From the NCBI GenBank assembly GCA_964573345.1, contig CAZNJP010000002.1:9916-41915 (forward strand): a stretch of DNA of 32,000 nt, in the 5' to 3' direction. The notes under the pieces are model-generated. The model had not been told where the DNA came from. It searched no databases and saw only the letters and a program-made list of their open reading frames with translations. Below are positions 22,546 to 30,560 of this stretch, piece by piece. This DNA comes from an uncultured Syntrophobacter sp. (lineage in GTDB: Bacteria; Desulfobacterota; Desulfofervidia; Desulfofervidales; DG-60). The position numbers and the translations under genes are program-made. Positions within the stretch are counted from its first letter, which is position 1, and each line of letters opens with the position of its first letter.

Positions 22546-23759
22546 AAAATATAGCTATTACAGGGATAGGTATAGTAGCTCCTCCTGGAATTGGAAAAGA
22601 GGTATTTTGGCAAAATATTAAAGAAGGAAAAACCTTTATTTCTCCAATTACAAGGTTTGATGCCTCAAACTATCCTTTACAAGTAGCAGGCCAAATCGAA
22701 AATCTAAACACAGACCATCTTTCTCGCCGCCTCTTAAAAAAGATAGACAATTTTTCGGTTATGGCCTTGACTGCTACAGAAGAGGCCTTAAAAGACGCAT
22801 CTTTGGATTTAACCAAAGAAGACCCTTATAAGATTGGAATCTTTACAGGAAATGCCTTAGGGGGATGGCTCTATGCCGAGACTGAATTGCGTGACCTTTA
22901 TGTAGAAGGCAGAGAAGGGGTAAGCCCATATCTGGCCAGTGCCTGGTTTCCAGCGGCCCCTCAAGGTCAAATCTCTATCTATTATGGCATAAAGGGATAC
23001 AGTAAGACAATGGTGGCAGACAGGGCAAGTGCTCTAATAGCCATTGCCTATGCCGCTCAGGTAGTTGGAAATAGAAAATTAGACATTGCCTTAGCTGGAG
23101 GTACTGAGGCACCGGTTACCCCTTATGCATTACTTTGCTGCAGCACAGAGGGCTCACTTTCAAAAGGTCCTTATCGCCCCTTTGATAAAGAAAGGGATGG
23201 ATTTGTTATCGGTGAAGGAGCAGGGATCGTAATCTTAGAAAATGTGGAAAATGCCTTAAAAAGGGGAGCGACAATTTATGGGTTGATTGCAGGTTATGGG
23301 AATTCTTGTGATGGTACTGATCGCATAATGCCAGATCCTAACGGCAAAGGGCTGTCTCTGGCGATAAACATTGCTTTAGATATGGCTGGTTATAAGCCCA
23401 GAGATATTGATTATATCTGTGCCGATGGGACAGCAACAAAATTAGGAGATATTAGCGAAACAAGAGCAATAAAAGAGGTATTCGATAATTATGCCAAAAA
23501 GATACCTGTCAGTGCACCAAAATCCATGTTTGGGCATTTACTGGGGGCATCTGGTGCAGTAGACCTCATCATCACCCTTTTGGCGATGCAAGATGGGGTT
23601 GCCCCTCCTACTATAAATTATCAAACAGAAGACCCTGAATGTAACTTAGATTATGTGCCTAATGAAAGCCGGTCTAAAGAAATTAAAAGGGCCCTTATTA
23701 CATCTCGTGGTCGAGGGGGCATAAACGCAGTTTTGGCTATAGAAAGGCCCGCCTGCTAG
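22542..23759 (+). CDS. KS-beta / chain-length-factor-like partner lacking the catalytic triad
   Basis: ATGA overlap with KS-alpha. Same fold (RPFDKERDGFVIGEGAG, APKSMFGH). However, Arg161 (agg 23022-23024) aligns with the KS Cys / CLF Gln, and ICADGTAT replaces VNAHGSST. Confidence 0.85.
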   Translation: MKNIAITGIGIVAPPGIGKEVFWQNIKEGKTFISPITRFDASNYPLQVAGQIENLNTDHLSRRLLKKIDNFSVMALTATEEALKDASLDLTKEDPYKIGIFTGNALGGWLYAETELRDLYVEGREGVSPYLASAWFPAAPQGQISIYYGIKGYSKTMVADRASALIAIAYAAQVVGNRKLDIALAGGTEAPVTPYALLCCSTEGSLSKGPYRPFDKERDGFVIGEGAGIVILENVENALKRGATIYGLIAGYGNSCDGTDRIMPDPNGKGLSLAINIALDMAGYKPRDIDYICADGTATKLGDISETRAIKEVFDNYAKKIPVSAPKSMFGHLLGASGAVDLIITLLAMQDGVAPPTINYQTEDPECNLDYVPNESRSKEIKRALITSRGRGGINAVLAIERPAC

Positions 23760-23781
23760 CTTGCACAGCTAAGCGGGCGGG
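23748..23781 (+). promoter_or_regulatory. GC-rich hairpin (family B) spanning the KS-beta stop, immediately before the ACP ribosome-binding site
   Basis: cccgcctgctagct-tgcac-agctaagcgggcggg. It shares cccgcctgcta with 2544-2554. No T-run follows, so it is not called a terminator. Confidence 0.5.
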
Positions 23782-23797
23782 TTTGGGAGGTGAAATT

Positions 23798-24049
23798 ATG
23801 GAAGGTATTGAAGGAAAAATAAAAAACTTATTTGTCAAACTCTTTGATGTTAGGCCAGATGAGGTAACAAAAGAGGCAAACCTTAATGATGACCTAGGAA
23901 TGGACTCAACAGAGATGGTAGAATTGACAGTAGCTTTAGAAAAGGAGTTCAAGGTGAAGATTAAAGATGGTGAGATTACAAATGAACACTCTGTAGGTGA
24001 CGTCCTAAGGATTGTGGAGAATAAGCTTAACCCTGTTGATTTGTCCTAA
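23798..24049 (+). CDS. Acyl carrier protein
   Basis: ORF 23783..24049. Start placed at ATG 23798 after GGAGGTG. The phosphopantetheine site DLGMDSTEMVEL is in an ~83-aa helical protein. Confidence 0.85.
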   Translation: MEGIEGKIKNLFVKLFDVRPDEVTKEANLNDDLGMDSTEMVELTVALEKEFKVKIKDGEITNEHSVGDVLRIVENKLNPVDLS

Positions 24050-24106
24050 AGGACACCTAATCAACAGGGTGAATCTCCATTAAATAGGGATTTAACAGGG
24101 CAAGCA

Positions 24107-24913
24107 ATGAAGATTATAGACCTGAGCCTTCCTATTGATGATAGCATATTTGAACCTATTCCAGTAAAAATAAAGCGATGGAAACACAAAAGAGGCGGAA
24201 ATCGCTTTGGTTTGAGGTGGGCCGCCTCTAAAGGTATGAGAGGTATTTTAAATTATATTACAGGGAAAGAGAGGATTACGCATCGCTCCTTTAAAGATGG
24301 GGTCTTTTTGGCCTTGGAGCAAGTTACTGCAACTGTGCACACAGGCACCCATCTTGATGCCCCATATCATTATGGACCTCTTTCTGAGGGAAAAGAGGCA
24401 AAGAAGATAGAAGAGATTCCTTTAGAATGGTGTTATGGTAATGGCGTTGTCTTAGACCTTTCTCACAAAAGGCCAGGAGAATTTATCACCAAAGAAGACA
24501 TAAAAAAGGCGCTTGATAAAATAAAATATGAGATAAAACCCTTTGACATTGTGCTTATTCACACTGGGGCAGATAGATTTTGGGGAGGAAAAGAATATTT
24601 TTCTCATTTTCCAGGGATGAGTAGGGAGGCAGTGGCCTATATTTTGGAATTTAAAGTAAAGGTCATTGGAATTGATGCCTTTAGTTTTGACCGCCCATTT
24701 TACACTATGTTAAGAGATTTTTTAAAGACAAAAGACAATCGTTATCTCTGGCCGGCCCATTTTTATGGAAGAGAAAAGGAGTATTGCCATATAGAAAGAC
24801 TGGCTAATCTGGATAAGATTCCAGAACCTTATGGCTTTAAAGTGGCCTGTTTCCCTATAAAGATAAAAGGGGCAGGCGCGGGCTGGATAAGGGCTGTAGC
24901 CATCATTGAATAA
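24107..24913 (+). CDS. Cyclase-family protein (PF04199, kynurenine-formamidase-like / putative polyketide cyclase)
   Basis: The metal-binding signature HTGTHLDAPYH (H.GTH.D.P.H) is diagnostic of this family. Confidence 0.8.
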   Translation: MKIIDLSLPIDDSIFEPIPVKIKRWKHKRGGNRFGLRWAASKGMRGILNYITGKERITHRSFKDGVFLALEQVTATVHTGTHLDAPYHYGPLSEGKEAKKIEEIPLEWCYGNGVVLDLSHKRPGEFITKEDIKKALDKIKYEIKPFDIVLIHTGADRFWGGKEYFSHFPGMSREAVAYILEFKVKVIGIDAFSFDRPFYTMLRDFLKTKDNRYLWPAHFYGREKEYCHIERLANLDKIPEPYGFKVACFPIKIKGAGAGWIRAVAIIE

Positions 24914-24931
24914 AAAAAAGGAGGAAAAAAA

Positions 24932-25378
24932 ATGGGACACACAGTAAATTCTATTATGATTGAGGCACCTTATGATTTGGTGTTTGATATTTCAAATGAT
25001 ATTGAAAGATGGACAGAGCTATTTGGTGGGGAATACAAAGAGGCAAAGATATTAAAAAAAGAAGAAAACAAAATTACCTTTCAGTTGACCGATGCCAATG
25101 GTAATTCCTGGCAATCCTTTCGTCTTTTATTTAAGGATTACTACTTTACTTATGCCCAAAAACTTGAGCCAGCATTTCCTTTTAAGTACATGAAGATTAT
25201 CTGGCTCTATACCCCTATGTCTGACAGGATACTCATGACCTGGATTCAGGATTTTACGATGGCAGATGGAGCAAAATTTAATGATGAGCAAGTTGAAGGT
25301 TTTATTAATAAGCATTCAAGGGATAATCTAAAGATATTTAAAGAGGTAATAGAGAAAGAGGCGAAGAATAAGAAGTAA
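24932..25378 (+). CDS. SRPBCC-fold polyketide cyclase/aromatase-like protein
   Basis: 148 aa. The N-terminus SIMIEAPYDLVFDISNDIERWTELFGG follows the Polyketide_cyc2 / ARO-CYC pattern (S..V.AP...V.....D.ERWPELFP). Confidence 0.7.
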   Translation: MGHTVNSIMIEAPYDLVFDISNDIERWTELFGGEYKEAKILKKEENKITFQLTDANGNSWQSFRLLFKDYYFTYAQKLEPAFPFKYMKIIWLYTPMSDRILMTWIQDFTMADGAKFNDEQVEGFINKHSRDNLKIFKEVIEKEAKNKK

Positions 25379-25395
25379 GGAGAGTGGGGGTAAAA

Positions 25396-26169
25396 ATGGA
25401 TAATTTAAAAGGTAAAATGGCTATAATTACAGGGGCTAGTAGAGGGATTGGCAAGGCAATTGCTGAAATACTGGCAAAAGAGGGGATGAATCTTGTGATT
25501 GCGGCCCGTGGTAAAGAAATGCTTGAAGAAACTGCAAAAGAACTATCTGAAAAATATAATGTAAAAGCATTGTCTGTGTCCTGCGATGTTTCAAAGCAAA
25601 AGGATTTAGAAAATCTGGTAAATGTCTCTGTTAAAGAGTTTAAAAAGATAGATGCATTAATCAACAGTGCCGGCATAAGCAGCCAATATCCTTTTCATGA
25701 GCAACCATTAGAAGACATTCCAAGGCTTATGTATACAAATTACTTTGGTGCAGTGATGCTTATACGTTTAATCATAAATCACTTTATAGAAAATAAAGGT
25801 GGGGCCATCATAAATGTTGTCTCTGGCTCTACCTTAGTAGACCCCCCACCAAGAAACTTTATTATCTATACCTCGCTTAAGCAGGCATTAAGGGCCTTTG
25901 GAAAGGGGCTTTTTTGGGAATTGCGGGATTTTGGCATAAAGGTGACTTCAATCATGCCTGGGGTAACAGATACAGCCTTAACCCAGGGGTTAAAGGAGGT
26001 TTCTGTAGACAAGTCCCGTCTTATAAATACCAAGGCTATAGAGGATGCAGTGAAGTTTGCGCTCTCTGTGCCGGCAAATGTCTGTCCTTTAGAGATTTCG
26101 GTTATCAATCAGCGCACGCCTTGGATAAGGCCAGTCATTCCATACAAGCAGGAGCACCCCGTTAAATAA
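25396..26169 (+). CDS. Short-chain dehydrogenase/reductase (ketoreductase)
   Basis: ORF 25384..26169 (GTG). ATG 25396 is preferred. TGASRGIG cofactor motif, NVVSGS and YTSLK (YxxxK) catalytic residues. Confidence 0.85.
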   Translation: MDNLKGKMAIITGASRGIGKAIAEILAKEGMNLVIAARGKEMLEETAKELSEKYNVKALSVSCDVSKQKDLENLVNVSVKEFKKIDALINSAGISSQYPFHEQPLEDIPRLMYTNYFGAVMLIRLIINHFIENKGGAIINVVSGSTLVDPPPRNFIIYTSLKQALRAFGKGLFWELRDFGIKVTSIMPGVTDTALTQGLKEVSVDKSRLINTKAIEDAVKFALSVPANVCPLEISVINQRTPWIRPVIPYKQEHPVK

Positions 26170-26195
26170 AAATTTAACAAGGCAAGTCCAAAAAA

Positions 26196-27104
26196 ATGAT
26201 TTTTGATGCCCATACACACTGGCTTCCAAAAGAGATTATTGAAAATGCCCAGTTTTTTTCCAATGTTTGGGGTGATATTGAAAGGCAATTGGTCATAATG
26301 GATGAATTTAAGATTGACAAAGCACTTTTGGTCTATCCTACAACTGATGCTTATAAAAAGATGGGTCTAAAGGAAGTAGCAAGGGTTTATAATAATTCCA
26401 TTGCTGAAATAGTAAATAAATACCCTGAAAGACTTGTTGGGGCAGCCATCTTACCCATAGATGACCCAAAGGAGATAATAAAAGAATTTGACCGTGCGAT
26501 TGAAGTATTGGGATTTAAGGCCATTTCTCTTGCCACAAGTTTTGATGATATGTATTTAGATGATGAAAAATTTTATCCACTTTATGAAAAGGCAGAGGCA
26601 TTAAGCATTCCTATTTTTGTCCATCCACAAATCATAAACCCGATAGGTTATGAGCGGGTAAAAGACCCTTTGCTTACCCCGGTGATTGAATTTGTGTTTG
26701 ATACCACGATGTGCATTGGGAAATTGATGGTAGCAGGCATATTTAAAAAATTTCCAGATTTAAAATTTGTCTTTGCCCACTTAGGGGGGGTGATACCATT
26801 TATTAAAGAAAGATTTGACAGCATATACAAAATGCTTAGAGAAAGAAATATAGTCAAAGACCTCTTTGCCCTCCCTAGCGAATATTTGAAACAGATATAT
26901 GTAGATACAAGTGGGGCTGTATCCCATTCTGCCCTTATGGGCACTATTGAGATGGTAGGGATAGAGCATATTTTATGGGGTAGCGATTACCCTGGAAATC
27001 CCAATATATCAGCATCGATCAAGGCCATAGAGGAATTAAAGATACCTGAAGAAGAAAAGAAAAAAATATTGGGTGAAAATATGGTTAGATCGTTGATTCG
27101 TTAA
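26196..27104 (+). CDS. Amidohydrolase_2 (PF04909) family metal-dependent hydrolase/decarboxylase
   Basis: FDAHTHW (HxH), VHPQ, FAHLGG and WGSDYP metal ligands in TIM-barrel order. The family includes non-oxidative aromatic-acid decarboxylases. Confidence 0.8.
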   Translation: MIFDAHTHWLPKEIIENAQFFSNVWGDIERQLVIMDEFKIDKALLVYPTTDAYKKMGLKEVARVYNNSIAEIVNKYPERLVGAAILPIDDPKEIIKEFDRAIEVLGFKAISLATSFDDMYLDDEKFYPLYEKAEALSIPIFVHPQIINPIGYERVKDPLLTPVIEFVFDTTMCIGKLMVAGIFKKFPDLKFVFAHLGGVIPFIKERFDSIYKMLRERNIVKDLFALPSEYLKQIYVDTSGAVSHSALMGTIEMVGIEHILWGSDYPGNPNISASIKAIEELKIPEEEKKKILGENMVRSLIR

Positions 27105-27208
27105 ATCGAAAATTGGTTAGATCGTTAAATTTAAGAAGAAGCACTTAACGATGAACGGTTTTACTATTTGACGAATTGACGAATTAACTATTTAACAAGT
27201 ATTTTCAG

Positions 27209-28117
27209 ATGAAAGGGTTGATATTTAATGTCCAACATTACTCTATTCACGATGGTCCAGGTATAAGGACCACTGTATTCTTGAAAGGATGTCCTCTAAG
27301 GTGTATATGGTGTTCCAATCCAGAAGGACAAAAAGCGATTCCCGAGATTCTTTATAACAAGAATATGTGTAATAAGTGTTATAAGTGTATAGATGCTTGC
27401 CCATATAGGGCCATTAGTATTACTCAGGAAGGATTTATCGCTATTAATGGAGGTATCTGTAAGAGATGTAAGAAGCATGTATGTGTAAGCGCATGTGATG
27501 AAAACGCTCTTAAATCGGTGGGGCAATTTATTACCATAGGAGAATTAATGCAAGAAGTCCAAAAAGATAGCTTATTTTACCGTAATTCCAATGGTGGGGT
27601 CACTTTATCTGGGGGAGAACCAACAAATCAAGCTGAATTTACTTTGGAGTTTTTTAAAAAGTGCAAAGAAAAGGGGATTCACACTGCATTAGATACATGT
27701 GGACATACACCATGGGAGTCTTTAAAAAGGGTCTTAGAATATACTGATTTGGTTCTATATGACATCAAACATATGGATCCTGAAAAACATAAAAAAATTA
27801 CGGGAGTATCTAATGATATTATCCTAAAAAATGCGGAGGCAATATTTAATAAAAGCAAAGTGCGTACAATTATCAGAATTCCTATAATACCCAGGTACAA
27901 TGATTCAAAACAGAATATCAATGCCATTGCAAAATTTGTAAAAGAAATAGGAGGAAAGGAAGTCAATCTTCTTCCCTATCATAAGTTGGGTATAGGCAAA
28001 TATGAAAGATTGGGTATGAATTACTCTGTTAAAAATTTTCAGCCACCTTCTAAACAGACCCTTGAACAAATGAAAACAATCTTTGAGGCTCAGGGCCTTA
28101 GGTGTCTGATAATTTAG
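27209..28117 (+). CDS. Glycyl-radical enzyme activating enzyme (radical SAM)
   Basis: IFNVQHYSIHDGPGIRTTVFLKGCPLRCIWCSNPE (CX3CX2C). It also has a ferredoxin-like insert, CNKCYKCIDACP and CKRCKKHVCVSAC, typical of activases of non-PFL glycyl radical enzymes. Confidence 0.9.
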   Translation: MKGLIFNVQHYSIHDGPGIRTTVFLKGCPLRCIWCSNPEGQKAIPEILYNKNMCNKCYKCIDACPYRAISITQEGFIAINGGICKRCKKHVCVSACDENALKSVGQFITIGELMQEVQKDSLFYRNSNGGVTLSGGEPTNQAEFTLEFFKKCKEKGIHTALDTCGHTPWESLKRVLEYTDLVLYDIKHMDPEKHKKITGVSNDIILKNAEAIFNKSKVRTIIRIPIIPRYNDSKQNINAIAKFVKEIGGKEVNLLPYHKLGIGKYERLGMNYSVKNFQPPSKQTLEQMKTIFEAQGLRCLII

Positions 28118-28125
28118 GAAGTAAC

Positions 28126-30510
28126 ATGAAACACATAGTTTCAATAGAAGCTATTTTGACAGAAAGGGTGAAGAGGCTCAGAGAAGAAATCAGAAAACAA
28201 CCTGTTTATGGAGATTGGGAAAGGGATAATCTCCTAACCGAATACTGGAGGCAATCTGATGGCGAGTACATTTATTTAAGACGGGCTAAGGCGTTTCATA
28301 AAATATTGACAGAGAAAGATATAAAGATTTTTGATGGTGAACTTATTGTCGGAGCACCCACAAAATATCTTTCAGGTGGCGCATTTTACCCAGAATATAG
28401 CTGCGACTGGATAGAAAAAGAATGGGGTAAATTTACCTCAAGAGAAGGGAGTAAATTTATCCCTGTTGGTGAAAAGGAAGTAATTTTAGAAGATATCCAA
28501 TTCTGGAAAGGCAAATCTTTATTAGACAAGATATTACCTTTATTTTATGAAAAATGGAATTTATTACAAAATATGTTTGATTCTAGAATAACTGCTGGTG
28601 ATAGACCTTGTGCCCATGGGCGTCAAATAATAGATTTTGCTAAAGTGCTGAATAAAGGATTGAGAGGAATTATTGAGGAAATAAAGCAGACAAAAGAAAT
28701 CGCACCTCTGAATACCACAGAAGATTTACATAAACATTATTTTTGGGATGCCTGTATTATTGCCTGTGAGGCAGTAATTAATTTTGCTAAAAGGCATGCC
28801 GAACTTGCTAGAAAAATGGCCAAAAGTGAAATGGATAAATCAAGAAAAGTAGAACTCAAAAAGATTGTAAAGATTTGTGAATGGGTACCTGAAAATCCTG
28901 CAAGGACATTTCATGAAGCCTTGCAATCTCTATGGTTTACCCATTTGTGCGTAGAGATAGAAAACAACTCCTTTGGCTATTCTCTAGGGAGGATGGATCA
29001 ATATCTATATCCTTTTTACAAAGAGGACATAGAGGAAAGAAGAATTACAAGGGAGCAAACGGCTGAATTACTTGCATGTCTATGGCTTAAATTTAATACC
29101 ATTCATTGGATAACAAAGTGGTCAATAGCAGCGATTATCCAAACTAGTAATTTCCAAAATATTACCATAAGTGGAAGAGATAGTGAGGGAAGTGATGCTT
29201 CTAATGAGCTATCTCGCCTTATTGTAGAGGTAGATACAGCCCTAAAGTTGCCACAACCCACTCTTTCACTTAGGTATCATGATTGCATAGACGAAGATTT
29301 CCTATTTAAATGTGGTGAGGATATTGCTACAGGCGGTGGGAAACCTGCTATTTTTTGTGAGAATTATGCATATTCTGTTTTGCCTTTGTATGGGGTTCCA
29401 TTAGAAGATGTAATTGAGTTTGCACCCATTGGATGTGTAGAGATGGGAATTCCTGGGAAAACTGCTTTGTTTGCTGGCTGCTTTGTAAGCCTTCCTCATT
29501 GCCTTGAGTTAGTCTTTACAAACGGTATTCATAGAAAGATGGGTAAAAAAATAGGCATTGAAACAGGGAATGTTGAGGGTTTTTCTAGCTTTGATGAGTT
29601 TATGGATGCCTTCCTACACCAATTTGAGTTTGTTCATCACATCATAGTAAGCTATAGTAAGATTAATCAGGTAGCCATGCGGCCATATTTTGTTCCCTGT
29701 CCATTTAACTCAAGTCTGATTTCTGATTGCATTACCAAAGGTAGAGATATCCATAGTGGTGGAGCTAGGTATAACCAATTTTTCGCCTCTTATCCAGTTG
29801 GAATGGTAACCACGGCAAATTCACTCTATGTTCTTAAGAGATTGGTATATGAAGATAAAAAAATTGGCATGAAAGAACTTAAAGATGCATTGGCCGCGAA
29901 TTTTGAAGGAAAATACTGTAAGATAAAAAAGTTATGTCTAGAGGTTCCTAAGTATGGAAATGATATTGATGAAGTAGATAATATGCTTAGGGATCTATTT
30001 AAAGAAATCAGCAAGATTGTGATGCAAGAAAAGAATGCCTTTGACCATCCAATGGCCCCTGCTTACCTTGGTGTTACAGCACATTACTTTCATGGTGTAG
30101 GTTGTGGGGCCACACCTGATGGGCGCTTGGCCTATACACCTTTTGCCGATGGTTCTCTATCTGCATACCCTGGCACAGATAAAAAAAGTCCAACAGCGCT
30201 TATAAAATCAGCTACCAAGGCAAACACTACCCCAGCTGTAGCCACGCTTTTTAATATAAAATTGAATCCTTCTGTCCTAAAATCAGCAGAAGGTATGAGA
30301 AACTTTTGGAGTCTTATTAAGACCTATTCCGATCTTGGTGGATATCATGTTCAGTTTAATGTAATTGATAAAAAGACATTGCTTGAAGCAAAAAGACATC
30401 CTGAGAGATATAGAGATTTACTAATAAGGGTTGCAGGATTTAGTGCCTATTTTGTGGATTTGGCACCTGCTGTTCAGGATGAGATTATTGCCAGAACAGA
30501 ACACAAGTAA
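28126..30510 (+). CDS. Glycyl radical enzyme, Cys-x-Glu (PFL2 / dehydratase-lyase) class, substrate unknown
   Basis: ORF 28102..30510. Start placed at ATG 28126 (after the activase stop, AGGAAG upstream). Glycyl radical motif LIRVAGFSAYF (Gly codon 30436-30438). Thiyl loop PIGCVEMG (Cys 29434-29436, Glu 29440-29442). Confidence 0.9.
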   Translation: MKHIVSIEAILTERVKRLREEIRKQPVYGDWERDNLLTEYWRQSDGEYIYLRRAKAFHKILTEKDIKIFDGELIVGAPTKYLSGGAFYPEYSCDWIEKEWGKFTSREGSKFIPVGEKEVILEDIQFWKGKSLLDKILPLFYEKWNLLQNMFDSRITAGDRPCAHGRQIIDFAKVLNKGLRGIIEEIKQTKEIAPLNTTEDLHKHYFWDACIIACEAVINFAKRHAELARKMAKSEMDKSRKVELKKIVKICEWVPENPARTFHEALQSLWFTHLCVEIENNSFGYSLGRMDQYLYPFYKEDIEERRITREQTAELLACLWLKFNTIHWITKWSIAAIIQTSNFQNITISGRDSEGSDASNELSRLIVEVDTALKLPQPTLSLRYHDCIDEDFLFKCGEDIATGGGKPAIFCENYAYSVLPLYGVPLEDVIEFAPIGCVEMGIPGKTALFAGCFVSLPHCLELVFTNGIHRKMGKKIGIETGNVEGFSSFDEFMDAFLHQFEFVHHIIVSYSKINQVAMRPYFVPCPFNSSLISDCITKGRDIHSGGARYNQFFASYPVGMVTTANSLYVLKRLVYEDKKIGMKELKDALAANFEGKYCKIKKLCLEVPKYGNDIDEVDNMLRDLFKEISKIVMQEKNAFDHPMAPAYLGVTAHYFHGVGCGATPDGRLAYTPFADGSLSAYPGTDKKSPTALIKSATKANTTPAVATLFNIKLNPSVLKSAEGMRNFWSLIKTYSDLGGYHVQFNVIDKKTLLEAKRHPERYRDLLIRVAGFSAYFVDLAPAVQDEIIARTEHK

Positions 30511-30560
30511 GTCAGTGAGTCAATTGATTAACTGACAAACTAAAATAGAGGGGAAGAAAA

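Noticed and set aside
23748-23781. Intrinsic terminator between KS-beta and ACP.
   Set aside because: The hairpin is strong but is followed by gtttgggagg, not a U-run, and the ACP ribosome-binding site follows immediately. It is more likely a processing, stability or translation element.
25914-26165. Plus-strand 83-aa ORF in an alternative frame of the ketoreductase gene.
   Set aside because: It is entirely nested in the SDR gene, has a TTG start, and shows no family resemblance.
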